Under the pieces are notes generated by a model. It had not been told where the DNA came from. It saw nothing but the letters and a program-made list of their open reading frames with translations, and made no database searches. A stretch of 64,000 nucleotides of DNA from Longimicrobiales bacterium (GTDB taxonomy: Bacteria > Gemmatimonadota > Gemmatimonadetes > Longimicrobiales > Gaopeijiaceae). Positions 1 through 10,860 of the stretch are shown here, one piece after another (the first letter of the stretch is position 1; every line of letters begins with the position of its first letter). The translations under genes and the position numbers were made by a program. The stretch spans positions 128,001 through 192,000 of the forward strand of contig CBDCKN010000012.1 in NCBI GenBank assembly GCA_965218295.1, in the 5' to 3' direction.

Positions 1-5
1 CGCCC

Positions 6-1013
6 TTACTTGTCCTTGAAGATAGCCAGGTTCGTGGAGTGGCCGGGATTCACGCGGGCCTCAGGGTCCAGGTAGTTCACCGCATTGTTCACGGCAATGG
101 CAGCTTCGGAGTAGCCCGTGGCGATGAGATCGAGCTTGCCTGGATAGGACACGAGATCGCCGGCAGCGTAGATACCCGGAATCGACGTCTCCATGAGCTG
201 GCTGACCACGATCCTGTTCCCCGTGAGCTCGAGACCCCACGACTTGATGGGCCCCAGGTCGGGCTTGAATCCCAGCAAGCAGAGCACCGCGTCGACGTCC
301 AGATCGACGTCCTCGTCCGTTCGGTTGTCGTATATGGTTACGGATTCGACCGCACTGTTGCCGCGGATCTCTCGGACCTCGTAAAACGTCTTCAGATCGA
401 TGTCACCGGCCTCGTGAGCGGCATGGAGCTGATCAATCGACGCCTCGTGGGCCCGGAAGCCGTCCCGGCGATGCACCATCGTGAGCTGTGCGGCCCGGTC
501 CTTCAGGCTGAGCGCCCAGTCCAGGGCGGAGTCGCCACCCCCGACGATGAGGACCTTCTTGCCGAGGTAGTCGTCGGGGTCCTTTACCGCGTAGTAGATG
601 CCCTTGCCGAGCAGATCGTCATACCCGGGGCACTTGAGGTGACGGGGTTCGAAAGCGCCCTTGCCGCCGGCAATGAGCACAGACCTGCTCGCGTACTCAC
701 CGTTTCGGCACCCTAGTACGAAGTGGTCTCCGTCCCTTCCCAGCTCGCCGATCTCTTCGTCCAGGACCACGTCGGGATCGAACTGGAGTCCCTGGGTGGC
801 CATGTCCCGAGCCAGATCCTTGGCCATGATCTTGGGAATGCCGCCCACGTCAAAGACGTATTTCTCGGGGTAGAGGGCCATGAGCTGGCCCCCCAGCTCG
901 GGGAGGGAGTCGATGATGCGGGTCGAAATCCCTCTCATCCCCGCGTAGAAGGCGCCGAAGAGGCCGGTGGGTCCGCCTCCGATGATCGTGATGTCCCGTA
1001 CGTCGTCGTGCAT
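6..1013 (-). CDS. Ferredoxin/flavodoxin-NADP+ reductase (TrxB-like, YumC type)
   Basis: FAD motif GGGPTG, NADPH motif GGGDSA, HRRDGFRA, GIYAAGD; no CxxC. Start taken at the ATG of MHDDVRD. Confidence 0.85.
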   Translation of the reverse strand: MHDDVRDITIIGGGPTGLFGAFYAGMRGISTRIIDSLPELGGQLMALYPEKYVFDVGGIPKIMAKDLARDMATQGLQFDPDVVLDEEIGELGRDGDHFVLGCRNGEYASRSVLIAGGKGAFEPRHLKCPGYDDLLGKGIYYAVKDPDDYLGKKVLIVGGGDSALDWALSLKDRAAQLTMVHRRDGFRAHEASIDQLHAAHEAGDIDLKTFYEVREIRGNSAVESVTIYDNRTDEDVDLDVDAVLCLLGFKPDLGPIKSWGLELTGNRIVVSQLMETSIPGIYAAGDLVSYPGKLDLIATGYSEAAIAVNNAVNYLDPEARVNPGHSTNLAIFKDK

Positions 1014-1091
1014 GGTCAGAAGTCTAACTTCGGACCGGGAGACGTCCAACCGGAGTGCAGGCCATGAAGGTCGTCGAGGGGACCGAAGTGA

Positions 1092-2345
1092 CTAGACGGG
1101 CCCGGCTGCACCACCAGCGAAGAGCTCCGAGCGGTGGTATCGGTCGAGCCCGCGCACGACGAGGAGCTTGACGCCCACGGCGGCGGGCACGCCCACCAGA
1201 AGGCCGACGAATCCGAAGAAGAAACCGCCCACAGACAAAGCGAGGACGATCCAGACGGGGTGGAGCCCGACGGATTCGCCGACGATCCGCGGGCTGATGA
1301 AGCTGCCTTCCAGGATCTGTGTCGAGCCGTACACGGCGGCCACTTTGATGAGGGACGTCACCACGTTGCCGCTGACCAGAGCGACGATGATCGCTGGAAT
1401 GACGCTGAGAACGAGCCCCAGGAAGGGAATGAGCCCGAGGACGCCGACCAACGCACCCAACAGAAAGGGATAGGGAAACCGGACCACGAAGAGGAGCACG
1501 CCCGTGAGGAGCCCGAGAATGACCGCCACGGTGACCTGCCCTCGTAGGTACTTGGCCAGCAGGGTGTCGTATTCGGTGGCGAAGTCTACGATGGCCGCTT
1601 CGCGAGAGCGCGGAAGGAGCCCCCGGACCCGGGCGACGATCTTGTCATAGTCCCGGAGCAGATAGAAGGTGAGGACAGGCGTGAGGACCACGTACCCGGC
1701 CAGCGTCGCCGCCGATCCGAGTCCCCTGCCGAGGCCCAGAACGCTCGCCCACGCTCCGCTCGCCAAGCTCGATCGCCGCTCCTGCAGGAAGGTCACGACC
1801 CGCCCGGGATCGAGGGTGCGGAGGTCCGGGAGGGACCCCTCGTCCAGGCCGGGGATGTTGGCGAGGAGGATCCGCTCCCGTAGCGCGCTGACCCATCCGC
1901 CCACTCGATCCAGGAGCGTGGGGGCCGCCTCGATAAGCTGGTCCACCTGTACGATCAACGCCGGGATCCCGAAGAGCACCAGAACCACACCGAGGCTCAC
2001 CACGGGCAGAGAAAGAATCACGATAGCCAGCGTGCGGCCGACGCCGCGACCCTCGAGGCCGTCCACCAGCGGATCCAGCACGTATGCCAGGACGAAGCCC
2101 AAGACGAAGGGCGCCAGCAAGAAGCCCGTGGTAGCAAGCAGCCAGTAGAGCGTGAGGATGGCGGCCACGAAGACGAGCAGCCCATGCCCCTGTACGCCCC
2201 GGAACGGGAGCAGGACCACCACCAGGATCCAGAAGAGAAGGAAGGGGTTCAGCAGGCCCCGGACGCTGAACAGGAAAAGGCCGAGTACCAGTAGGGCTGC
2301 GACAGCTTGAGCCACCCTCCAGACGGACTGCGCGCTGGTCGTCAT
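1092..2345 (-). CDS. AI-2E family transporter (PerM-like)
   Basis: Multiple TM segments; LAYVLDPLV, YLRGQ, QILEGSFISPRIVGESVGLHP motifs. Confidence 0.9.
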   Translation of the reverse strand: MTTSAQSVWRVAQAVAALLVLGLFLFSVRGLLNPFLLFWILVVVLLPFRGVQGHGLLVFVAAILTLYWLLATTGFLLAPFVLGFVLAYVLDPLVDGLEGRGVGRTLAIVILSLPVVSLGVVLVLFGIPALIVQVDQLIEAAPTLLDRVGGWVSALRERILLANIPGLDEGSLPDLRTLDPGRVVTFLQERRSSLASGAWASVLGLGRGLGSAATLAGYVVLTPVLTFYLLRDYDKIVARVRGLLPRSREAAIVDFATEYDTLLAKYLRGQVTVAVILGLLTGVLLFVVRFPYPFLLGALVGVLGLIPFLGLVLSVIPAIIVALVSGNVVTSLIKVAAVYGSTQILEGSFISPRIVGESVGLHPVWIVLALSVGGFFFGFVGLLVGVPAAVGVKLLVVRGLDRYHRSELFAGGAAGPV

Positions 2346-2794
2346 ATCATGCCGGTCACTTCATCCGATTCGAGAACTTCCGCCGCCCTTTCCACTACCT
2401 GGCGCGCGTTGTCATAGGCTACCGTCGTGATGGCCTCCCGCACGGGCAGCCACAGGCACTCGGTGATTCCCTCCTTTACCTCGGGCTCGGTGTCTCCGTC
2501 CCTGGAGGCCATGAAGAAACAGTCACAGAACTTGTGGATCAGATCGCCCTTCAGCCGAAAGTACCAATCGATGGTTCCCAGGGACGGGCCCAACTCGAGC
2601 TGGTCGAGCCCCGTCTCCTCACTGACCTCGCGAACGGCCTCCTCCTCCGGGCTCTCTTCACCCTCGAGATGGCCCTTGGGCAATCCCCACTTGCCGTAGG
2701 GATCCTTGATGAGCAGGAAGTGCACCGAGTCCCCGATGCGGCGCGCCACCACGCCGCCGGAGCTGCGCTCTATCCTCGTCCGGGGCCTCGCCAT
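2342..2794 (-). CDS. NUDIX hydrolase
   Basis: Nudix box LPKGHLEGEESPEEEAVREVSEETGL; start at MARPRT. Confidence 0.9.
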   Translation of the reverse strand: MARPRTRIERSSGGVVARRIGDSVHFLLIKDPYGKWGLPKGHLEGEESPEEEAVREVSEETGLDQLELGPSLGTIDWYFRLKGDLIHKFCDCFFMASRDGDTEPEVKEGITECLWLPVREAITTVAYDNARQVVERAAEVLESDEVTGMI

Positions 2795-2810
2795 CGATTC
2801 CGTGGTGCGG

Positions 2811-3821
2811 CTAGAAGATGGAGAGCCGCACGTACTTACGCGGATTCGCCCGGAGATCCTGCATGAGGAGGTTGAGCTCATCCAGCAGATCCTCGGCTCG
2901 AATCGCCAACGCCGTGTCGGAGATGAGCCGGCCCAGTGATCCCTCTCCCCGCTCCACCCGAGCCGCGATGCGACTCAGGGCCGACATGGTCGAGTCTGCG
3001 AGGGCCAGGGTCGCGGTGAGACTCACCGACGCGGAAGAGACGTCGCCGGACACATCCTTCAGGTCGGTCGTGATGACCCGTGTGTTGGCGATGATGGAGT
3101 CTACGTCCTCGGAGGCGAGCAAGTCGTCAATGCGCTCCAGGGAGCCCCGAGCGTGGGTGAGGGCCGTAGCGATCTCGCGGGTGGACGTCCGGACGTCCTC
3201 GGCGATGCCCGTGAACTGGGCCGACTGCTCGCCGACCACGTCGCGCAGGGTGGCGGTCAGCTCCTCCATGTTGTTGATGGCCTGAGCGAGCTGATCGGCG
3301 GATTCGTCGCTAAAGGCGCGGTCGAAGCGGTCGGTGAGGGACGACAGGTTCTGGGCCACCTCGTCGGCGACCGCCGTCAGGCGCGACAGGTCGGGGAGCG
3401 TGTAGCCGCCCAGCACGCGGATCCCGCCCTGGAATCGCGCGTCGGCCGGGACCTCGTAGAAGTCGAAGCGGGGATAGCGGGAGCGCGTCACGATCTCGGC
3501 CTGCCAGTCCCCGAACATGGACTCGGGCGCGATGACGACCGCGGCGTCCGGCTCGAGGATCCAGTCTCCCTCGAGCAGCAGCTGGATCCGCACGGCGGCG
3601 CCGCCGGCTTCTACGGTGATGTCGCCCACCCGCCCGATGCTCACCCCCCTGAATTTCACCCCGTTTCCGACGGCGAGCTGACCCGCGTCCCGCATGAGAG
3701 CGTGGATCTCTGTCTGGCCAGTGCCAAAGCGCGTGCCCTGCAGCCAGAATGTGCCGAAGACCGCGACGAACAGTCCGGCAAGGATGACCGACCCCACGAG
3801 CAGCTCTCGGCGGCGGGTCAC
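2811..3821 (-). CDS. mlaD: MlaD/MCE family protein
   Basis: N-terminal TM, MCE motif GVKFRGVSIGRV, helical tail ending NPRKYVRLSIF; lies downstream of mlaEF. Confidence 0.85.
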   Translation of the reverse strand: MTRRRELLVGSVILAGLFVAVFGTFWLQGTRFGTGQTEIHALMRDAGQLAVGNGVKFRGVSIGRVGDITVEAGGAAVRIQLLLEGDWILEPDAAVVIAPESMFGDWQAEIVTRSRYPRFDFYEVPADARFQGGIRVLGGYTLPDLSRLTAVADEVAQNLSSLTDRFDRAFSDESADQLAQAINNMEELTATLRDVVGEQSAQFTGIAEDVRTSTREIATALTHARGSLERIDDLLASEDVDSIIANTRVITTDLKDVSGDVSSASVSLTATLALADSTMSALSRIAARVERGEGSLGRLISDTALAIRAEDLLDELNLLMQDLRANPRKYVRLSIF

Positions 3822-4567
3822 TGCACGGACTCCATCAACTCCGGCCGGCCCTCAATGAAGGCCCTGAGCAGCGGATCGTCCGACTCCCGGATCTCGCCCA
3901 CGGTACCGATGGTGCGGAGGCGACCTTCGTGCAGCATGGCGATCCGGTCGGAGATATGGTACGCGCTCTCCATGTCGTGTGTGATGACGATGCCGGTCAC
4001 ACCCAACTCCTCGCTCATCCGAATGATGAGCCGGTCGATGATGGTCACGGTGATCGGATCGAGCCCGGTCGTCGGCTCATCATACAACAAGTATTTGGGC
4101 CGCGTCGCGATGGCCCGGGCCAGGCCCGCCCTTTTCACCATACCCCCCGAAAGCTCCGATGGGTAGCGCCCCTCGACCCCCTGGAGATCGACCAGCGCGA
4201 GGCACTCTAGCACCCGGGCCTGGATCTCCTCCTCGTACATGTCGGGGACGCGACGGAGCCCCATGGCCACGTTGTCGGCGATGGTCATGGAGTCGAAGAG
4301 GGCCGCGAATTGGAAGACGTATCCCACCGTCCGACGCAGTTCGGCGAGACCATCCTCCTCGAGCTCGGCCACGTTCTGCCCGTCGACCCAGACCTCGCCA
4401 CGATCCGGCTGGATGAGCCGCAACACATGCTTGAGCGTGACCGACTTCCCGGCCCCGGAGGCACCGATAATGCTCAACGTCTCACCGTCCAGAACCTCCA
4501 GGGAGAACCCCCGGAGAATCTCCTTCGGCCCGAACGCCTTGTGGACGTCCATGAGTTGGATGCTCAA
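3818..4567 (-). CDS. mlaF: ABC transporter ATP-binding protein MlaF
   Basis: Walker A GASGAGKS, LSGGM, LLYDEPTTGLDP; TTG start overlaps the mlaE stop (TTGA). Confidence 0.9.
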   Translation of the reverse strand: MSIQLMDVHKAFGPKEILRGFSLEVLDGETLSIIGASGAGKSVTLKHVLRLIQPDRGEVWVDGQNVAELEEDGLAELRRTVGYVFQFAALFDSMTIADNVAMGLRRVPDMYEEEIQARVLECLALVDLQGVEGRYPSELSGGMVKRAGLARAIATRPKYLLYDEPTTGLDPITVTIIDRLIIRMSEELGVTGIVITHDMESAYHISDRIAMLHEGRLRTIGTVGEIRESDDPLLRAFIEGRPELMESVQ

Positions 4568-5346
4568 AGCAGCACCAGCGCCCAGAAAGCGTCCAGAACC
4601 AGAATCAGCATGCTCGCCAGCACTACCGAGCGTGTTGCGGAGATGCCGACGCCTGCGGCTCCACCCTTGGTGTGGAAGCCGTAGAACGATCCCACGCCTG
4701 TGACGATCAGGCCGAAGCTCGTGCTCTTGATCGCGGCGAACTGCACGTCCCACGGCTCGAAGGCGAACCTGAGTCCTTTCACGAACTCGGCGTTCGACAT
4801 GTCGAGGAACGCCATGGAGGCTGCCCAGCCCGCCACGACTCCCATGGCGGTGGCGAGGACGACGATCACCGGGAACATGACGATGCCCGCCAGCACCCGG
4901 GGCACGACAAGATAGGCCAGCGGATCGTATGCCAGGGTCTCCAGGGCGTCGATCTGCTCCGTGACACGCATGGTACCGATCTCCGCGGAGATGCTGGCAC
5001 CAACTCGCCCGGCCAGGGAGAGACCGGTCAGTACCGGTCCCAGCTCCAGGATCATCGTCTTGCCGACCAGTGTCCCCACGAAGTACATGGGGACCGCGCC
5101 AGTGATGGTGTACGAGGCCTGAAGCGCCAGAACGATGCCGGTGAAGGTCGCGATGAAGAGGGCGATGGGAACGGAGGCGACACCGACGGCCACCATCTGT
5201 GGCATCAGTTGCGGTCCCCAGATCTCGACGTTCTTGAGAGCGCGCGTGGCCCCGGCGGCGAGGTACCCGGCCTTTCCCAGCGTTCGGACGGCCCCCACCG
5301 TCCAGCGGCCGAGATATCTCACGGGAGCCACGATGATGCCGTTCAT
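4564..5346 (-). CDS. mlaE: MlaE family ABC permease
   Basis: ELGPVL...AGRVGASISAEIGTMRVTEQIDAL signature. Confidence 0.92.
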   Translation of the reverse strand: MNGIIVAPVRYLGRWTVGAVRTLGKAGYLAAGATRALKNVEIWGPQLMPQMVAVGVASVPIALFIATFTGIVLALQASYTITGAVPMYFVGTLVGKTMILELGPVLTGLSLAGRVGASISAEIGTMRVTEQIDALETLAYDPLAYLVVPRVLAGIVMFPVIVVLATAMGVVAGWAASMAFLDMSNAEFVKGLRFAFEPWDVQFAAIKSTSFGLIVTGVGSFYGFHTKGGAAGVGISATRSVVLASMLILVLDAFWALVLL

Positions 5347-5465
5347 GGACAGAAGATAGCCGAGCCGCGAACACGGTGGCTAGGGCGCCCGGACATGCCC
5401 TAAGGGCTGTGGAGCCGAGGCTCCGGATGGTGTGGAGGGGTCGACAGCTGGGGGTGCGTTGCGAC

Positions 5466-5825
5466 TCAGCGGCGTGACGCCATGGGCATGTCGTCTTCCA
5501 GCGTATACACGACTTCTTCGGCGCGGCCGTCCGACGTGGGGACCATGCAGGTAACCTGAACCCGGGACACGAGGTTGTACGGGTCCGACACCGCCACCTC
5601 CATGTCCAAGCCCTGACCCCGTGACACGATCCGGGTGCGGACCCGCTCTCCGGGGCTCGCCTCGCGCCTATTCGCGGGGTTTCGGAAGAGCGTCTTGGTG
5701 GACTGCCGGCCACTGTCCAGCGTCCGGGTGACCTTCACCAGCCGAAGCCAGTCCGGCTGATAGTTGATCTGGTATGCGAAACCCTGCTGGTCCGCGCCCT
5801 TGCCCTCCCGGTTGTGCCTCCCCAT
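5466..5825 (-). CDS. Hypothetical protein (119 aa)
   Basis: GGAGG RBS before ATG, AT-rich upstream region, plausible codon usage. Confidence 0.7.
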   Translation of the reverse strand: MGRHNREGKGADQQGFAYQINYQPDWLRLVKVTRTLDSGRQSTKTLFRNPANRREASPGERVRTRIVSRGQGLDMEVAVSDPYNLVSRVQVTCMVPTSDGRAEEVVYTLEDDMPMASRR

Positions 5826-5866
5826 GTCGCCTCCGATAAAAATAGCAAAAAAGCGAGGGGTAAACG

Positions 5867-5895
5867 AATGTTTCTCAGGTTCACGGAATTGTCAA
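5867..5895 (-). promoter_or_regulatory. Putative sigma70 promoter for the 119-aa gene
   Basis: Perfect TTGACA (5895-5890), 17-nt spacer, weak -10 AACATT, in an AT-rich intergenic region. Confidence 0.4.
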
Positions 5896-5975
5896 GTTTC
5901 TTCTGTCGAAAAACCAGAAAGCGCTTTTGATATTTGATGTTTCTCCGCAATGTGGCGGAACGAATTCGCGTCGAC

Positions 5976-7136
5976 TTACAAGCGAACGGGGAGCGGGACA
6001 AAGGTCAGAAAAAAGATCAAGATGGCCGACCAGCCGATGACGGTCCGGATGGTCCCCAGCATCACTTGGGGCTGAAGCACCTTCGGATGAGCAAGGCGTC
6101 CGCGACTGAGGAGCACGGCGAGTCCAGCCCACAGCCACCAGCCCCACCACAGCCGTCCAAGGGGGAGCAGGGCCAGCAAGAGAGCGGGCGCCGCCCACCG
6201 CTGCACCCCCCTCGAGAGAGCGTACAGGATGTGGCCGCCGTCCAGTTGACCGAACGGAAGCAGGTTGAGAAAGGTGACGAACAAGCCGAGCCAAGCCGCA
6301 AAGGCCACTGGATGGAGGAGAATCGGGTTCACGCCCAGCTCGGCGGGGAAGAAAAGGTAGAGGATCCCCTGCACGACGAGGCCCGAGCCCAACCGGATGG
6401 GCTGGCCCGCGAACTCCACGACCATGGGCATCCACGCGTCGGCCGGGCCGTTGACCGTTCCCGAGAGCGCGAGGCCGGCCAAGAGCAAGAGAACGGAGAG
6501 GACGAAGCTCGCGATGGGACCGCCGACGCCGATGTCGAGGAGAATGGAGCGCCTCACGATGGGCCCGCGTATGCGGATGAAGGCGCCCAGCGTGCCTATG
6601 ACAGAGTAGTAGGGGGGGAACGGGATGAAGTAGGGGAGACTGGCTCGGACCTGGTGCTGTCTCGCCATGAGGAAATGGCCCATCTCGTGGGCCATCAGGA
6701 TGGACATCAGCGTGAGGGCGAACGGTACACCGGCCGCCATCCCCACCCAGTCCACCGTGGTGGGTACCGGAATCCACGCGCTCCCGACCTCGACGAACTG
6801 CGTCGCCATGGGGTCGATCCCTCGCAGGAGCGCACCCGCCATGAGCATTGTGAAGAACGTAAGGAGAAGAAGGGCGCCGTGGATCAGCCAGGGCCGGGGC
6901 GCCCGTGTCCGGCTCGGTCGCAGCAGAACGACCTCGACGCCCTCTTCCGTGTTCGCCAGATACGTGGGGCCGCCCCAGTCCCCGAGGGCCTCCACGACGA
7001 CGGTGTCCTCGGCTCTCAGGTCGTCTCTGAGCTCGCCGACGACGAGCTCCGTGTCACCCACCAGACCCATGCGGTATGTGGCCAAGATGGTCATCCAGGT
7101 CCCGGATGTGCTCTTGACCCCCTCGCCGTCCCCCAT
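5976..7136 (-). CDS. Site-2 protease (peptidase M50)
   Basis: AHEMGH zinc motif and NLLPFGQLDGG; multiple TM segments. Confidence 0.9.
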   Translation of the reverse strand: MGDGEGVKSTSGTWMTILATYRMGLVGDTELVVGELRDDLRAEDTVVVEALGDWGGPTYLANTEEGVEVVLLRPSRTRAPRPWLIHGALLLLTFFTMLMAGALLRGIDPMATQFVEVGSAWIPVPTTVDWVGMAAGVPFALTLMSILMAHEMGHFLMARQHQVRASLPYFIPFPPYYSVIGTLGAFIRIRGPIVRRSILLDIGVGGPIASFVLSVLLLLAGLALSGTVNGPADAWMPMVVEFAGQPIRLGSGLVVQGILYLFFPAELGVNPILLHPVAFAAWLGLFVTFLNLLPFGQLDGGHILYALSRGVQRWAAPALLLALLPLGRLWWGWWLWAGLAVLLSRGRLAHPKVLQPQVMLGTIRTVIGWSAILIFFLTFVPLPVRL

Positions 7137-7312
7137 TAGAATCGACTCGATTCCCTCAATAAACTCCCACGCTCGGCCCCCGTCGCATGAGCGCGGAACT
7201 CTCCATACTCTTCGCAGGTTTTGTTGTCGTGTCGCCCTCCAGCCTGACGCACTAGCCCCCGACCTGCCGTCTCGGCTAAGAAGCCGTAGGTGGTGTGTAA
7301 CCCGGAGTAGAA

Positions 7313-8566
7313 GTGGACATCGCGCAGTTAAGGAGCAAGAGCGTTGGAGACCTCCACGATTTGGCGGAGGAGCTCAACATCTCCAACTACTCAGGGCTCC
7401 GCAAGCAAGACCTCATCTTCCGCATCGAGCAGAATCTCCTCGACAACGAGGTGGTTCTCCGGGGGGAGGGGGTGCTGGAGATCTTGGCGGAGGGATACGG
7501 CTTCCTACGCTCCCAGGACTGGAACTATCTGTACGGGCCAGACGACATCTACGTCAGTCCCTCGCAGATCAAGCGCTTCGACCTCAGGACCGGGGACACC
7601 ATCCTGGGTCAGGTACGGCCTCCCAAGGAAGGGGAGCGCTACCTCGCGCTGCTGAAGGTCGAGAGCGTCAACGGCGACGACCCCGACAACGCCAAGCTGC
7701 GGATCGCCTTCGACAACCTCCGGCCCCGCTATCCCGAGGACCGAGTGACCCTCGAGATTCCCGATACGGACCTTTCCATGAGGGTCATGGATCTGGTAGC
7801 ACCGGTGGGAATGGGGCAGCGGGGACTCATCGTCTCGCCGCCCAAGGCCGGTAAGACGATGCTACTCCAGAAGATCGCCAACTCCATCACGGCGAACCAT
7901 CCGGACGTGCACCTCATCGTCCTGCTCATCGACGAGCGGCCCGAGGAAGTGACGGACATGGAGGAGCACGTCGACGGCGAGGTCATCTCCTCCACGTTCG
8001 ACGAACCCGCGGACCGCCATGCGCAGGTGGCCGAGATGGTGCTGGAGAAGGCGAAGCGGCTCGTGGAGCACGGAAGGGATGTGGTCGTCCTCCTCGACTC
8101 CATCACGCGACTGGCCCGGGCGTACAACGTGACCGTGCCGCACTCGGGGAAGATCCTGTCGGGCGGTGTGGATGCGAACGCCCTGCACAAGCCCAAGCGC
8201 TTCTTTGGGGCTGCCAGGAACATCGACGACGGGGGATCCTTCACGATCATCGCCACCGCCCTGGTGGAGACCGGAAGCCGCATGGACGAGGTCATCTTCG
8301 AGGAGTTCAAGGGGACCGGCAACATGGAGTTGATCCTGGACCGCCACATCTCCGACAAGAGGATCTTCCCGGCCATCGACATCAACCGATCCGGGACCCG
8401 CAAGGAGGAGCTCCTCCTCTCGCCCAACGAGCTGAACCGGGTATACCTCCTCCGCAACTTCCTCTCCGACATGCCCCCCACCGAGGCCATCGAATTCCTA
8501 CTGGACCGCATGCGACGGACCGAGACGAATCAGGAGTTCATGGATTCCATGGCCGCCGGCGAATGA
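7313..8566 (+). CDS. rho: Transcription termination factor Rho
   Basis: [33 protein letters not shown] motifs. Confidence 0.98.
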   Translation: MDIAQLRSKSVGDLHDLAEELNISNYSGLRKQDLIFRIEQNLLDNEVVLRGEGVLEILAEGYGFLRSQDWNYLYGPDDIYVSPSQIKRFDLRTGDTILGQVRPPKEGERYLALLKVESVNGDDPDNAKLRIAFDNLRPRYPEDRVTLEIPDTDLSMRVMDLVAPVGMGQRGLIVSPPKAGKTMLLQKIANSITANHPDVHLIVLLIDERPEEVTDMEEHVDGEVISSTFDEPADRHAQVAEMVLEKAKRLVEHGRDVVVLLDSITRLARAYNVTVPHSGKILSGGVDANALHKPKRFFGAARNIDDGGSFTIIATALVETGSRMDEVIFEEFKGTGNMELILDRHISDKRIFPAIDINRSGTRKEELLLSPNELNRVYLLRNFLSDMPPTEAIEFLLDRMRRTETNQEFMDSMAAGE

Positions 8567-8682
8567 TGTATCTGCCGCAGATGCGGCACCCTATGTGCAA
8601 GTCCGATCCCTCAGTTCGTCTGTTGAGGTAAGCGGGAACGGTTCCTTCGGTCCCGCACGGGACGACTGAGGGAGGAACCACG

Positions 8683-10166
8683 ATGCGCACTTTTGCACTG
8701 GTCCTGGCGCTTCTCGCCGGGCTCATAGCCGACGAACCGCAGAGCACACGCTCGCTCGGCGTGGTCATCGGCACCGTAGCCGACGCCGCAACGGCCACGC
8801 CATTGTCGGGTGTCCAGATCCACGCGGACGGCCTCATGGCGAGCACTCTCACCGCCAGGGACGGAGGCTATCTGCTCAGGCTACCCCCCGCGGCCACGGG
8901 TGAGGTGACGATCCGGGCCGAGCTCATCGGATACAGGTCGATGACCAAGCAGGTGAGCTTGGGCGCCGACTCGGTCCGGGTGGACTTCGCTCTCGAGTCG
9001 ACGAGACGGCAGGACCGCGTCGCCCCGACGATGGACGAATTGGCCGTGTCGATCGGCACGGCGAACGAGTCGGCCGTACAGAGGAGCCGTGGGGAGGGTG
9101 GCGTAGTGGTGCCGTCGCAGGCTGCCGTAGCGGCCCAGGCCAGGTTCCTGTCGCCCGGCGAATTCGACCGCTCCGCCTATGACCTTCGAGGACGCTACAA
9201 CTGGGATTTCGAGCGCGAGGGCTACGAGCGGATTTACGAGAACGAGTTCCGGGCCGTGGGGTCGAATCCCCTCTCGACCTTCGGCATCGACGTGGACCGG
9301 GCCTCCTACGCCAACGTCCGCCGCTTCATCCACGAAGGACGGCTTCCCCCGGCCGACGCCGTTCGAATCGAAGAGCTGATCAACTACTTCACCTACGACT
9401 TTGCCGCCCCCGAGGGGCCGGATCCCTTCTCGGTCCGCACCGAAGTGGCACCTGCGCCGTGGAACCCTCTCCACTATCTGGTCCGCATCGGAATCCAGGG
9501 CCGGAAGATCGACACGGAGGACCTCCCGGCCACCAACCTCGTGTTCCTGCTCGACGTGTCGGGCTCCATGAGGTCTTGGTGAGCGAGTTCGGCGGGACCC
9601 TGCACACCATCGCGAAGGACGTGAAGGTCCAGGTGGAGTTCAATCCCACACGGGTTCGTGCATACCGGCTCATCGGGTACGAAAACCGCATGCTGGCGGC
9701 CGAAGACTTCAACGACGACACCAAGGACGCCGGCGACCTCGGTGCCGGGCATACCGTGACCGCACTCTACGAGGTGATCCCGGCGGGCGTGGCGAGTGCG
9801 ACGCCGGTCCGGGGCCTGGACGACCTGCGATACCAGTCTACCGAGGTTCGGATCGAGGCTTCAAGCCCCGAGCTGATGTTCGTGAAGCTGCGCTACAAGG
9901 ATCCCGATGGGAAGAGGAGCCGGCTCCTCACGCACACCGTGCTGGACGGCACGACCATCCCGTCCTCGGACTTCACGTTCGCCGCCTCGGTGGCCGCCTT
10001 CGCGATGGTCCTCCGGGACTCCAGGTACTGCGGAGCGACCGACTTAGAGGAAGTCCTCCGGTGGGCGCGGAGCTCGGTCGGAGCCGACCGGGAGGGATAC
10101 CGGCGAGAGTTCCTAGAGTTGGTCCGGGAGGCCCACAGGCTGTCAGCGGTAGACGACTCCGACTGA
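8683..10166 (+). pseudogene. YfbK-like vWA protein with internal deletion and frameshift
   Basis: Signal peptide, carboxypeptidase-regulatory-like domain, [12 protein letters not shown] block and LLDVSGSM. At ~9570 this joins directly, in another frame, to [25 protein letters not shown] (DUF3520-type C-terminus). The vWA core is missing. Confidence 0.8.
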
Positions 10167-10188
10167 GCGTGGCGCTGAGGAGTGCGCG

Positions 10189-10749
10189 CTACTCCTCTAC
10201 TGCGCCTTGGTAGCGCGGGTTCACCACCAGACGATCCCCCTCGAACACCTTCCGGTCCCACGGGAAGATGATGGTGGCGTCAGTCTCGAGGGCGAAGTAG
10301 TCCGCCTTGTAACCCTTCGTGCGAGCGAAGCTCGTGGCGGTTCGCACCTCGGAGGGATCGATATCCCGGATGGCCGCCAGGGCGAGACGGAGTGTGTCGC
10401 CCGACGTGGCGATCTCATCCACCAGGAGCACTCGCTTCCCCCGTGCCTGGACAGGCGCCGCCGACAGGACGGCGGGGCGCTCCAGGATCTGCTTGTCTCC
10501 CGGTTTGCGCGAGATCTTCATGGAGTAGAAGTCCACGCGCAGGATCGACGCCACGATGGCTGCGGGAATGGCGCCTGTACGGGCGATCCCCACGACGACG
10601 TCGGGGTGATAGTCCCGGGCCACACGGAAGGCGAGAGCCCGACAGAGCTCACCAAACATCTCCCAGGACAGCTCGAGGTACTCGTCGGTGCCGCGATAGT
10701 TGGGAGCCGGCGTTGGCTGCATCTGATGCATGGGCTGTGCTCCTGGCAC
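10189..10749 (-). CDS. Phosphoribosyltransferase family protein
   Basis: PRPP-binding motif VLLVDEIATSGDTL; IIFPWD. Start uncertain. Confidence 0.85.
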   Translation of the reverse strand: MPGAQPMHQMQPTPAPNYRGTDEYLELSWEMFGELCRALAFRVARDYHPDVVVGIARTGAIPAAIVASILRVDFYSMKISRKPGDKQILERPAVLSAAPVQARGKRVLLVDEIATSGDTLRLALAAIRDIDPSEVRTATSFARTKGYKADYFALETDATIIFPWDRKVFEGDRLVVNPRYQGAVEE

Positions 10750-10860
10750 TCGAAGGGGATGCTTAAGTTAGAGGTGTGGGAATGGCACATCAATGCTTCG
10801 GTTGACCGGCTGTCCGGGGAACGCCATCGTAAGGGCCACGCCACTCATCACCGGTACGAC

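Noticed and set aside
3818..5713. 631-aa ORF as a single protein
   Set aside because: Only the last ~250 aa is MlaF; the rest is an off-frame overlap of mlaE.
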